In this document: one piece after another, positions 38,385 through 48,024 of the stretch
How positions within the stretch are numbered: the stretch's first letter is position 1
Layout: the number at the start of each line of letters is the position of its first letter
Program-made: the position numbers and the translations under genes
Source: Dehalococcoidia bacterium
GTDB lineage: Bacteria > Chloroflexota > Dehalococcoidia > Plut-88900
Reading direction: 5' to 3'
Assembly (NCBI GenBank): GCA_965207225.1
Contig: CBDBLV010000005.1
Coordinates: 1,728,001 to 1,792,000 of the forward strand
DNA length: 64,000 bases
The notes under the pieces: model-generated
What the model saw: the letters and a program-made list of their open reading frames with translations, nothing else
Database searches by the model: none
What the model was told of the DNA's origin: nothing

Positions 38385-38957
38385 CTATCCCAGAGACCCA
38401 CCCAGGTTGGCCTTCAATGTCATGTGGGTAATCGGTAGCAAGACTACAGCCATCACATGGAATATCTTGCGCCTGCTCAGGTAGAAGGTCATGTCCGAAA
38501 ACGCCCGGAGCAGGAAAGATATAAACGTGTAGGCGAAAAACCAGATGAATAGGGTGTGGGGTACCGACCAAAACCCGTGATAAGTCTCCGACGCCAAGAT
38601 GCTGAATGCCGCCGTGGCCCCCGCCGCGACACCCGCAAGCACCCCGCTCCCGACCGCCACCCTCAGCCCCCACTCCGACGGCATCTCCAGCGAAGCCGAC
38701 CTGTAGTACGCTGCAATAAGCGCCCCGCACAACGGCAGCAACACCATGTCCCCGACTATGAAGACCGGCCTCCGCAAGAAGTCACTTTCAACGACATCCA
38801 GCCGCCACGCCATCAGCAGCAGAGTCCCCCACCCGAGCACAATGAATATGAGCGCCACTAGGATCGGGTGCAGGCTGATCAACCGGCCCAGCGGATCGCC
38901 CGTCAGCAGGACTCTGTATCTAGTTCGGGTCTCGTTGCGGGTATATCCGCTGGTCAT
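38385..38957 (-). CDS. Hypothetical membrane protein (about 5 TM segments)
   Basis: 190 aa with several hydrophobic spans; 10 bp after the upstream stop, in operon position. Confidence 0.65.
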   Translation of the reverse strand: MTSGYTRNETRTRYRVLLTGDPLGRLISLHPILVALIFIVLGWGTLLLMAWRLDVVESDFLRRPVFIVGDMVLLPLCGALIAAYYRSASLEMPSEWGLRVAVGSGVLAGVAAGATAAFSILASETYHGFWSVPHTLFIWFFAYTFISFLLRAFSDMTFYLSRRKIFHVMAVVLLPITHMTLKANLGGSLG

Positions 38958-38967
38958 GGTCCTGGGC

Positions 38968-40263
38968 TTAGACCACGGCCTTGATCATGTCCATGTCCTG
39001 CTCTTCGAAGCGGCTGTGGCGTAGGGCGTGGATGTCCACCGACGATTCTCCGTACACAATGAGCTCCGCGGTCACCTTCCCTGCCACCGGCCCGATCCCT
39101 ATCCCCCGGCCGCTGAATCCCGTGCAGAAGTAGAACCCCTTGGGAGACTTCGCCTCTCCAATGACGGGCAAGGCATCGGGCGTCGCATCTATCCGCCCCG
39201 ACCAGTAGCGCTCAATCCGCAGACCCTGCTGCTCCGGAAACAGCGACTTGAAAGTACCCAGCGCCCGGTCTATGACCTTCCTGTTGGGCTCCGGCGCATT
39301 CCCCACCGTGTGTGCAAACGGGTGCCGACGCGCCGGCGAGCCTGGCAGGCTCCTCAGGATGTCCATGACCAAGGTGCGCCCGACATGCACCTTGAACATC
39401 TCCCGGTTCCGGCGGAAGTTGGGCATGAACAGCCGGATGTGCTTGAAACTGTCCAGGTCGACGTCGTAGTCCGTGCCTCCCGGCCCGGGTGCGATGTAGA
39501 ACTCCCCCGTCGGCCTCTGCCTGAATGCTATCCGGGGCCCGATTACCGCCATGTCCGTCACGTGACCCGTCGGGTTCGTCTGCCCGACACTCGCCCGCAC
39601 CATCCGGTACGGCAGCGTCAGCCCGACCATCTTCGCCACCTTGTGAGACCACGCCCCCGCCGCACACACTACGTTCTCCGTCACAATCCGGCCCTTGTCC
39701 GTAACTACAGCGGACACCCGGCCTTCCTTCACCTCTATCTTCTCCACCGCCTCCCCTGTCAGAAACAGAACTCCGTTCTCTCGTGCCCCGATGGATATGG
39801 CGTTGGTAGCCTTGTCGGGCTGGGCGTGGCCGTCGCTCGGCGTGTACATCGCCCCCAGCCATTCGCCCCGCATCGACGGAACAAGCTCTTTCACGTCCTC
39901 GTTGGTCAGGAACCGGGTCTCGATCCCGAACTGCTCTCCAACCTTCAGCCAGGCCTTGATCCTGCCTAGGATCTCCTCGTCCCCGGCCAGGGTCAGCGAC
40001 CCTCCCTGGTTCCACTCCACGTCCGCGCCCAGGTCCCGCTCCATCTCCTGCCACACGATAGCCCCCGCCATCATCAGGGGAAGCTCGCGGGCCGTACGTG
40101 CCTGCTGCCTCACGAACCCCCACGCCCGGCTCGACTGCTCGTCCCCTACCTCTCCCTTCTCCACCACCACAACGTTCAGCCCCTTCTTTGACAGGTAGTA
40201 CGCAGTGGCACAGCCGGCTATACCGGCCCCTATCACCACGGCATCAGCGTTGCGCGAATTCAT
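38968..40263 (-). CDS. FAD-dependent oxidoreductase, D-amino acid oxidase (DadA) family
   Basis: Motifs GAGIAG, EQSSRAWGFVRQQ, AAGAWS, DATPDALPVIG, TGFSGRGIGIGP. Confidence 0.9.
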   Translation of the reverse strand: MNSRNADAVVIGAGIAGCATAYYLSKKGLNVVVVEKGEVGDEQSSRAWGFVRQQARTARELPLMMAGAIVWQEMERDLGADVEWNQGGSLTLAGDEEILGRIKAWLKVGEQFGIETRFLTNEDVKELVPSMRGEWLGAMYTPSDGHAQPDKATNAISIGARENGVLFLTGEAVEKIEVKEGRVSAVVTDKGRIVTENVVCAAGAWSHKVAKMVGLTLPYRMVRASVGQTNPTGHVTDMAVIGPRIAFRQRPTGEFYIAPGPGGTDYDVDLDSFKHIRLFMPNFRRNREMFKVHVGRTLVMDILRSLPGSPARRHPFAHTVGNAPEPNRKVIDRALGTFKSLFPEQQGLRIERYWSGRIDATPDALPVIGEAKSPKGFYFCTGFSGRGIGIGPVAGKVTAELIVYGESSVDIHALRHSRFEEQDMDMIKAVV

Positions 40264-40294
40264 AGGCCTTTTCGTAGCTCCCTATTCTGCAAAT

Positions 40295-40500
40295 GTCATT
40301 CCGATGCCCCAGAAGACCGAAGATGCGCCTCTGTGGTGAATCTGGGGCGGGGCTGCTGTCCCTGGTGCGGGGCCGCTCACCCTGAGCAGCGTCGAAGGGT
40401 CGGGCGGAAGGGTGGCCCGTACACTGCCAACCCGTCACGCCTGCTGCCACCACCAGACCCGACTCCCCTGTCATCCCGATGCCCCGCGAGGGATCTGGGG
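40295..40500 (+). repeat. Intergenic REP cluster (family 3, family 2, family 3)
   Basis: Interrupted family 3 copy 40295-40347, family 2 copy 40369-40407, family 3 copy 40470-40500. Confidence 0.75.
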
Positions 40501-40526
40501 TGGGGTCCCTATCCGGCATGCCCGAA

Positions 40527-41405
40527 TTACTCCCTTGGCTTCGACCGTGGCCCGAACGGTTCCGGAATAAATGGGCCGTCCCGCAGCTTCAGGAAAGCCC
40601 TCAGGCCACCCTCGCGCTGTGCCTCGTCCAATGGCTTGAAGAAGTCCTTGCTCCGTGACAGGTGGGCCAGTGCCTTCATCTCGTCATTCAGCAGCAGGGC
40701 GTTGCGCAGGCCCATCATGTTCAGCCCCTTGGTCGCCACCTGTAGGTTGATCTTCACGGTCTCGGGCGCGTTCATCGCTATCCGTTCGACAATGTCGAAG
40801 CAGCGGTCTATGAGATCCTCGTGGGGCACGACCTCGTTGATAAGCCCGATTCGAAGGGCTTCGTGGGCATCTATGTGGTCGCCGGTAAGCGCGTACCGCA
40901 GGGCATGTTTGTAGCCCGCATTGAGGACCCAGAAGAAGTTGGTGTCGTCGCCCATCCGCACCTCGGGCTGGCCGAATACAGCCTGGTCGGAGGCGAAGGT
41001 CATGTGACAGGCCAGCGCGTACCAGGAGGCCCCTGCCAGGCACCAGCCGTTAACCGCGGCGATAACGGGCGTTCCCATATCCCAGATCTGCAGCAGGTTG
41101 GCCTGCTCTCCCTTGTCATGGTTCCGCTGAAACTCGATCTGTTCGGCGATGTTGGCGCCCTCCGGCAGCCCCGAGGGCCATTCCATCGGCCGACCCGCCC
41201 TGATGTCGTACCCCGACGAAAACGCCCGACCCGCCCCCGTAATCACAACTGCCCGAATCTCGGGGTCTGCATCAGCCGCATATAGGGCATGACTTAGCTC
41301 GTCCGCCACCTCCTGTGATATGGCATTGAGGGTCTCGGGGCGGTTCAGCGTGATAAGCACACCCCTGCGCTGCTTTTCATAAAGGATGGTGTTGTACTCG
41401 GTCAT
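40527..41405 (-). CDS. Enoyl-CoA hydratase/isomerase family
   Basis: AAGGAG RBS. Motifs TLNRPETLNA, AFSSGYD, PVIAAVNGWCLAG, FGQPEVR. Confidence 0.9.
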   Translation of the reverse strand: MTEYNTILYEKQRRGVLITLNRPETLNAISQEVADELSHALYAADADPEIRAVVITGAGRAFSSGYDIRAGRPMEWPSGLPEGANIAEQIEFQRNHDKGEQANLLQIWDMGTPVIAAVNGWCLAGASWYALACHMTFASDQAVFGQPEVRMGDDTNFFWVLNAGYKHALRYALTGDHIDAHEALRIGLINEVVPHEDLIDRCFDIVERIAMNAPETVKINLQVATKGLNMMGLRNALLLNDEMKALAHLSRSKDFFKPLDEAQREGGLRAFLKLRDGPFIPEPFGPRSKPRE

Positions 41406-41537
41406 GGTCAGCTCCTTGTCGGTGGTCTGATGGCTAATGGTGTCGCAAATGCTTGGGTGTTGCAAGGGGTGATGCATTTGCAAGGACGTGAGGGATATCC
41501 TCTGCCCCATACCGCTGAACTCGGCGGGGTGGGGCGG

Positions 41538-42767
41538 CTAAATGAACCGCCAGTCGTACGACGCCGTGGAGATGATCTCGGGCCCGTCCGCTGTGATGAT
41601 CATCTGCTCACCCAGCTTCGCCGCCTCTACCGCCCCGACCTCTCCCACGTAGCGTTCCAGCGTCATCACCATATTCTCTTCCAGCACCCCCGGTTCGTGC
41701 CCGAACCCGTGTGGCGTCTTGTCGGGATACCCGATGGCCGGCCACTCGTCCGACATCCCCGCCCCATGAGACATCACCGGATATCGCTGCGCCTTGTACT
41801 TCTCCGGGAACTGGTACGCCTTCTCGGCGATCTCCTGGTAGCTGTTGCCAGGCCGGAACAGGTCCATTGACTGCTGGATGAACTCGTAGCCGGTCTTGTA
41901 CACGTCCATCTGCGCGTCGCTGGGGTTGCCGTCGCCGCACAGGTAGGTCCGGGACACGCACAGGAAGTACCCCATCGGCCCGGCCATGTCGATGTCGAAC
42001 CCGACCAAGTCCCCCGGCCTCACTAACCTCTGCGACGTATCCTTGAACCAGGGGTTCATGTTCCCACCCGCGGCCAGCAGCTTACCGTCGGTGTGCTCGC
42101 CGCCGTACTTCAGGTTCGTCCCTGCCAGGATCGACCACAGCTCGTCCTCGCTGACCCCTGGCCTGATCGCCTGCCGGGTGTTCTCGATGGCAATGTCCGC
42201 CACCGCTGCAGCCTGCCGCATCAGGGTGAGCTCGTCCGGAGTCTTGATCGCTCGGGCACGCTCTATTGCCTCCCACCCGTCGACCAGCCGGATCCCGTGT
42301 CGCTGCGCCGTCTCGAATCCCAGCGCATCCAGCTTGTCCAACCCTATCCGCTCCGACGCCAACGCCAGCTCATCCAGTACATCCTTCAACCCAGCCGCCC
42401 ACAGCTCCACCGCCTCATTCATATATGGACCGCATGGAAAGAAGTCCCACACCTGTCCGGGCCTGATCCGCAATTCATCAGTGTCCTCGGCACTGGACAT
42501 ATCCCCGAACAGCACTGGCGCTCCTTCCTGGGGGATCAGGGCATATCGCTGGAACCGCCTCAGATTGTACGCCCCCGAGGACCGGGATCCCGTGGCATAT
42601 CGCACGTTCACGGGGTCGAACATAAGGATGCCGCCCAGGTCTTGTTTGGCCATCTGGCCCTGAAGCCGAGCCAGCCGGTCTCTCTTCAGCCTCGCAACAT
42701 CGATCCGCTCCTCGAAATCTACAACCTGCTGCCCTACCAAGTCCTTCTGATGCGCAGCTTTCTCCAT
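41538..42767 (-). CDS. M24-fold protein, DddP (DMSP lyase)-like
   Basis: Motifs FDPVNVRYATG, NPWF, FDIDMAGPMGY, SRT, HGAGMSDEWP. Some metal ligands appear substituted. Confidence 0.72.
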   Translation of the reverse strand: MEKAAHQKDLVGQQVVDFEERIDVARLKRDRLARLQGQMAKQDLGGILMFDPVNVRYATGSRSSGAYNLRRFQRYALIPQEGAPVLFGDMSSAEDTDELRIRPGQVWDFFPCGPYMNEAVELWAAGLKDVLDELALASERIGLDKLDALGFETAQRHGIRLVDGWEAIERARAIKTPDELTLMRQAAAVADIAIENTRQAIRPGVSEDELWSILAGTNLKYGGEHTDGKLLAAGGNMNPWFKDTSQRLVRPGDLVGFDIDMAGPMGYFLCVSRTYLCGDGNPSDAQMDVYKTGYEFIQQSMDLFRPGNSYQEIAEKAYQFPEKYKAQRYPVMSHGAGMSDEWPAIGYPDKTPHGFGHEPGVLEENMVMTLERYVGEVGAVEAAKLGEQMIITADGPEIISTASYDWRFI

Positions 42768-42790
42768 CGCCTTCCTCCCTCTTGTCGAGC

Positions 42791-43957
42791 CTACGTGTTG
42801 TACGCCCCCGCCTCCCAACCCCACCTCTTCTTCCAGTCCCGAGGCACGTTGCGGAACCTGTCGAACTTGAACGCCGAAATATCCACCGCACATTCCCCAT
42901 CGACGATAAGCTCCTTCACCGCCAGCCCCGTTGACGGAGACAGCCCGAACCCGTTCCCCGACACGCAGACCACTACAAAACCTTCGGGCTCATTTACCTT
43001 GTCGATGATCGGGATGCTGTCCGGCGTCTGCTCCACCACCCCCGCCCACGACCTTAGCACCCGCGTGTCCTCCAGTGCAGGAAATAGCTCCGCCAGCCGC
43101 CGAGAGATGTTTCGCACCAGGGGTGTGTTCGGCTTCGGAGGCGTCTTATCCACCTCCACGTCCACCCACTCGTGGGGCCCTCCCCCGAATACCAGGTTGC
43201 CCCGCAGTGTCTGCCTTCCGTACAACCCGTTCCCTGCGATATATGTCGTGAACCTCGACTCCAGGGGCACGGTGGCGATGATCTCCACCCGACCCGGCGC
43301 CACCGGTACATGCAACCCGACCATATCCCCAATCAACCCCGACTGTGGCCCTGCCGCACTCACAACCACGTCTGCGGTTACCGCCCCCCGGCTTGTCTCT
43401 ACCCCCCTCACCCGACCTCCCGCCACATCTATCCCTATTACAGCGGTGTCCTGATAGATGCGTCCGCCCCGGTCCTGGCACGCCCAGGCGTATGCCTGCA
43501 CCGCCCGCTGGGGGTTGGAGTGGCCCGCGTTGGGAAAGTACATCCCGCCAAGAGCCCTGTCCGTCAGTTCCGGGACCAGGGATCGCATCTCCTCCGGGTC
43601 TACCTCCTTGGCCTCGACCCCGAACTTTGGAGCGTTGACGGCCATCGCCCGCACCAAGTCCATCTCCTCCTCCCACATCGCCACCTGCAGCCGACCCTCG
43701 TGGATGAACTCCGTCGGGTAGCCCAATTCCTCATCCATGGTCTTCCACGTCTCCCGGGCCCGGGTTGCCATGGGAATGGCGAAGGGTTCGTCAGCCCGCG
43801 GGCTCATGCTTCCCCCGTTCCGCGCCGACGCCTCTCCCCCGATCAACCCCTTCTCAAGCACCACTACATCCACTCCCGCGTTGGCCAGAAAATAGGCAGA
43901 GCTCAGCCCCGACACCCCACCCCCGATGATCACCACCTCGGCGCTGTCCAGATTCAC
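42791..43957 (-). CDS. FAD-dependent oxidoreductase, sarcosine oxidase beta/OoxB/HcnC-like
   Basis: Motifs GGGVSG, ASARNGG, RSWAG, TPD.IPII, SGNGFGLSP. Confidence 0.88.
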   Translation of the reverse strand: MNLDSAEVVIIGGGVSGLSSAYFLANAGVDVVVLEKGLIGGEASARNGGSMSPRADEPFAIPMATRARETWKTMDEELGYPTEFIHEGRLQVAMWEEEMDLVRAMAVNAPKFGVEAKEVDPEEMRSLVPELTDRALGGMYFPNAGHSNPQRAVQAYAWACQDRGGRIYQDTAVIGIDVAGGRVRGVETSRGAVTADVVVSAAGPQSGLIGDMVGLHVPVAPGRVEIIATVPLESRFTTYIAGNGLYGRQTLRGNLVFGGGPHEWVDVEVDKTPPKPNTPLVRNISRRLAELFPALEDTRVLRSWAGVVEQTPDSIPIIDKVNEPEGFVVVCVSGNGFGLSPSTGLAVKELIVDGECAVDISAFKFDRFRNVPRDWKKRWGWEAGAYNT

Positions 43958-45439
43958 CTAGTCGCCTCCACCCAGGGACTCAAGTTTGGTGGCGGGCTTT
44001 TTGAACCACTTCGGCCAGTCTGTCCGAGTCTCTTCCGTCTCCTCGCTATCCCACATTGACCGAAGCGGCAAAGGCCGGATGGGGGTCCTGAATGTCGCCA
44101 GGGGCACTTCCGACGCATCCACCCCCGACGCCTCTGCCGAGATCAACGCCACCTCCTCCCTGCACCGACGCCCCTGGCAATAGCCCATTCCCGCCCGCGT
44201 CAGGCGTTTCAGCCTGTCCAGGTTGACTGGTGCCTCCTGGAACAGAGTTGCCAGCGTCCTGTCTCCCATCTTCCTCGAAGGCCAGCCCAGGTATCGGGGC
44301 GGTGACACGGCTTGAATGTCTGCTCGACTCACCTCTTCGCAAAGGCAAACCGTCACATCTCCCCTGTCTCCATCCGCCAACGACCTTCGCCATGACTCCC
44401 AGTATTCGACTTCGGGCAGGGATCCATTCTGCATCCCCGAAACTAGGTCCTCCGCAACGCCTTCTGTTATCCCAGCCGCCCCTCTCCCTGCCCGGACCCC
44501 CTGCCGCTCGGCAAGCGCCTCGTCGACACTTCCAGTTACGTCCCCCGCCACGAACACCCCTTCGATACTCGTTTGCATCTGGAAGTTGAACGCCGGAACA
44601 TACCCGCCGGCGCTTGCGTCGAACCGCAAATCGCAGCCTGTCAGATAAGGCAGCTCTACCGAAGGCACGACCCCCATGGCGAGACAAACGGTATCGCAGG
44701 CTATCTCAAACCTGCCGGTGTCTGAGTCAACAACCAGGGTCTCCACCTCCCGCTGACCCCTAGCCTCCACGACCCTATGATTGGTGTAGAAGGTGACGCC
44801 GCGCTCTTTCAGCATACCGGCAAGCGGCCCCGCCAGCCTTACCTCCGAGCCCTGCTCCACGATTGCCGCAACCTCTATCCCATGCTCAAGTGCCAGTTTT
44901 GCAGTGACGAGCGCCACATCACCAGACCCGAGAATCACCACCCGACTCCCGCTGAACGCCCGGTACTTCTCAATGAGCGCCCCCAGCCCCCGCGCCCCTA
45001 CCACCCCCACCAACTCCCGACCCGGAAAGCTCAGCGAGAGGTCTCGGGCTCCCGTGGCCAGCACCAGCCGGTCGTATTCCAGCATCCACGTCTCCCGGTC
45101 GTTGCCGAGACCCAGCACCGGTTTCGGCACATGTCGGCTGTTCTCTCGCTCCCGGAAGCTCCCCCACACGTACACGCCGGGCAGCACGTCTACCCCCGCC
45201 TCCTGCACTTGCCCGATTCCCGGGTTCGCATCGATGACCCGCTGCAACATCAACCCCTCGTCTCGTATGGTAGGCGTCATCCGCTGCCCGAACAGGTAGG
45301 GTATATCGAGGCCCATCATCGAGGAGTCGATGGGGTGCTCGTCGATTAGCGTCACCCGGGTCCCGGCCTCCGCGGCCGCAACCGCAGCTGCTATTCCGGC
45401 GGGTCCCGCCCCAACTACCGCGACATGTACGTCAACCAT
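43958..45439 (-). CDS. FAD/NAD oxidoreductase with BFD-like Fe-S domain (OoxA/HcnB-like)
   Basis: Motifs GAGPAG, LATGA, VAGD, VCLCEEV, KRLTRAGMGYCQGRRC, R.PIRP. Abuts the beta-subunit gene. Confidence 0.87.
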   Translation of the reverse strand: MVDVHVAVVGAGPAGIAAAVAAAEAGTRVTLIDEHPIDSSMMGLDIPYLFGQRMTPTIRDEGLMLQRVIDANPGIGQVQEAGVDVLPGVYVWGSFRERENSRHVPKPVLGLGNDRETWMLEYDRLVLATGARDLSLSFPGRELVGVVGARGLGALIEKYRAFSGSRVVILGSGDVALVTAKLALEHGIEVAAIVEQGSEVRLAGPLAGMLKERGVTFYTNHRVVEARGQREVETLVVDSDTGRFEIACDTVCLAMGVVPSVELPYLTGCDLRFDASAGGYVPAFNFQMQTSIEGVFVAGDVTGSVDEALAERQGVRAGRGAAGITEGVAEDLVSGMQNGSLPEVEYWESWRRSLADGDRGDVTVCLCEEVSRADIQAVSPPRYLGWPSRKMGDRTLATLFQEAPVNLDRLKRLTRAGMGYCQGRRCREEVALISAEASGVDASEVPLATFRTPIRPLPLRSMWDSEETEETRTDWPKWFKKPATKLESLGGGD

Positions 45440-45536
45440 ATTCCTTTACCTTGGACTGGCGGTTATCGGCGCGGGTAATCGTAGGTTCGGGGCAGGGTGG
45501 GGTCAAGGGGCCTTCGGGCCTGCGCCGTCAGGACAC

Positions 45537-48002
45537 CTAGTACAGCACCCCCGAGGCCGCTAGATCGCCTATTTCGTCATCCGTCATGCGCAGCACTTCC
45601 TTCAGCACATACTCGTTGTGCTGGCCCAGCATCGGCGACGGAGTCTTGTAAAGGGCTGGCGTTGCCGAACAGATAAACTCCGTCCCATCAAACGGGTGCC
45701 GGCCCATTTCAGGGTGGTCCATCCAGACATAGTGGCCCCGGTGGGCAAGCTGCTTGTCTGAGAATAGGTTTTCGCAGCTGTTCACCGCTCCCGCCGGGAC
45801 CCCGGCTGCCTGCAGCATCTCCATTAGCGGCACGGGCTCGAAGTTGCGGGTCCATTCGGATATCAGGTCGTCAATCATCTCTTCGTTTGCCTTGCGCTCG
45901 GGAGAATGCTTGAACTTGGGATCCCCAGCCCATGCAGGCCCCCCCATTGCTGACACCAACGCCTGCCACTGCTCATCCGTCTCCACGGCGATGGCGCACC
46001 AGGTGTCGGGTTCCTTGCAGGGGTAAACGGCATAGGGGGCGGCGGTTAGTGACCGGTTCCCGTCTCTCTCTTGCTCCCGACCATTCGCCGAATAGTCCAG
46101 TAGGGCGGGTGCCAGGACCTGGAGCGCCCCTTCCAGCTGCGAAAAATCGAGGTATTGCCCTTGCCCCGTACGGTCCCGGTAATCTAACGCCGCTATCAGC
46201 CCCGAAGCTCCGAATCTCGCCAGGAAGAAGTCTGTGTAAGCGCCGTAAGGAGGCACTGGCGTGCGGTCCGGCCACCCGCAGTGATGGACGAACCCGGCCA
46301 GAGACCCTAACATCGGCCCGAAGCCCGCCTGCCTATCGTAAGGCCCCCCTCTCCCAAGCATCGAAGCGCTGTACATGACGATGTCCGGCTTAATTGCCTT
46401 GAGGTCCTCGTATCCCAGGCTATAGCGCTCCAGGGTCCCGGGAGAGAAATTCTCCGTAACTACATCTGCCCACCGCACCAGCCGGTGTATTACCTTCTTG
46501 GCCTCGGGATTGGAGAAATCAATGCTCACCCCCAGTTTATTGGAGTTGTAGTTGGTGAAATAACCGCTCCGGTTAATGCCCGGAATGCCATCTGCAAAGG
46601 GCGATGCCGTCCTTAGCACTTCCACCCGCCTGAGCGACTCCACCCTGACTACCGTTGCCCCGTGGTCGGAGAGATAGCGCGTGGTTAGGGGTCCAATGCC
46701 CACCCAGCAAAAGTCCAGCACCTTCAATCCCTCGAAGGGCTGCGTTTTCATGCGCTGTCCCGCTCGGGGCTTGCCATTGCGGCTTCCGCCCCTCCCCCCC
46801 AGAACTTCACCATTGTCCTCACCTAGTAGGGGAGCCCGACGCCTTGGGCCCAGGTAGGAGGCCGTCGACTTTATGAAAGCGCCCGGATAGCGAAAAGAGC
46901 GGTCTTCCTCGGGGTGGTTAATCTCGATGAAGAAATTGCGCTCCGAAAGCTGGGGATCGGAAAACGCGTCCTCGGCGTTCGCCACCGGGAACATCAGAAT
47001 GCCCCTATCGAAGGCGCCCTGGTACAGTTCCCGCTTCGTGTGAGTGAGAAAGAACGCGGCCATCGCACCTTCAATGCTCTCCAGCACCTCGTCGGACAGC
47101 TTTCCCGCGTCGATTTCGTGCCAGTCAAACCGGGCGTCGGGTCTGAGCTCGAATCCCTCGTCGGCCATCCACTCAAATAGGGCATTGGTGCGCGCACCTA
47201 GGACCCCTCCGGTTACAAAGAAGGATACGAACCCATCCTTGCAGGTCCACGTATTCCTGAGCCGACGCTCGCCTCCCATCCCTCGATATATCCCAAGACG
47301 TACGACATTTATGTGGTTGAGCCCCCAGGAGATCGCAGCTTCCGAAAGCACCCGTGCTACGGATTGCTGCCCTGAAACGTCGACGTGCTGTCCCTGTCCT
47401 GTCTTGAGTCTGTGGTAGTGCGCCACCATCGCCCCTATCGCCCCCGAGGCCCCAGCCAGCGCCCCAAACTGCGGCTGCGTGACCCGCAGCGGGGGCCTGT
47501 CCGCGTCTCCCGTAAGGAAACTAAGGCCCCCCATGGCCATGCCAACCAGGTCGGGGCCCTGGAACCTTGAGTACGGCCCGGTCTGCCCGAAGGGCGTCAT
47601 GGAGACCATTACAAGAGACGGGTTTATGGCTCTCAGGGTCTCGTATCCGAGCCCCTGCTTGTCCATGTATCCCGGGGCAAATCCTTCCAGTAGGAAGTCG
47701 GAGTCCGCAACTAGGTCCTTGAGCTTGCCCACCCCCGACTCCGAGGCAATGTCTAGGGTGACACTCCGCTTGCCCCCCGCCCATGCCCACCAGACTAGGC
47801 TGCGCTCGGGATCAGGGTCGTCCTTATAGAATGGCCCGAGCCGGCGCGCCGGGTTCCCCTCCCGGGGCTCGACTGCAATAACCTCCGCCCCCAGATCAGC
47901 GAGGATTTTCCCCGCCAGCATACCCATCTCGCCGCAGAGGTCCAGTACACGGTAAGGAGAAAGTAGGCCCGATCCTTCGCTTCCAGGTTCGATTGTGGGC
48001 AC
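45537..48002 (-). CDS. Fused tandem family III CoA-transferase (two CaiB domains)
   Basis: GTG after GGGGAGG. Domain 1 YRVLDL...APLLGED; domain 2 PFEGLKVLDF...SPMLGQHN. Confidence 0.9.
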   Translation of the reverse strand: MPTIEPGSEGSGLLSPYRVLDLCGEMGMLAGKILADLGAEVIAVEPREGNPARRLGPFYKDDPDPERSLVWWAWAGGKRSVTLDIASESGVGKLKDLVADSDFLLEGFAPGYMDKQGLGYETLRAINPSLVMVSMTPFGQTGPYSRFQGPDLVGMAMGGLSFLTGDADRPPLRVTQPQFGALAGASGAIGAMVAHYHRLKTGQGQHVDVSGQQSVARVLSEAAISWGLNHINVVRLGIYRGMGGERRLRNTWTCKDGFVSFFVTGGVLGARTNALFEWMADEGFELRPDARFDWHEIDAGKLSDEVLESIEGAMAAFFLTHTKRELYQGAFDRGILMFPVANAEDAFSDPQLSERNFFIEINHPEEDRSFRYPGAFIKSTASYLGPRRRAPLLGEDNGEVLGGRGGSRNGKPRAGQRMKTQPFEGLKVLDFCWVGIGPLTTRYLSDHGATVVRVESLRRVEVLRTASPFADGIPGINRSGYFTNYNSNKLGVSIDFSNPEAKKVIHRLVRWADVVTENFSPGTLERYSLGYEDLKAIKPDIVMYSASMLGRGGPYDRQAGFGPMLGSLAGFVHHCGWPDRTPVPPYGAYTDFFLARFGASGLIAALDYRDRTGQGQYLDFSQLEGALQVLAPALLDYSANGREQERDGNRSLTAAPYAVYPCKEPDTWCAIAVETDEQWQALVSAMGGPAWAGDPKFKHSPERKANEEMIDDLISEWTRNFEPVPLMEMLQAAGVPAGAVNSCENLFSDKQLAHRGHYVWMDHPEMGRHPFDGTEFICSATPALYKTPSPMLGQHNEYVLKEVLRMTDDEIGDLAASGVLY

Positions 48003-48024
48003 GGTTTCCGCCGCCTCCCCAGGT

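Noticed and set aside
42791-45439. Hydrogen cyanide synthase hcnBC
   Set aside because: No hcnA, and the catabolic context fits opine or amino-acid dehydrogenases of the same family.
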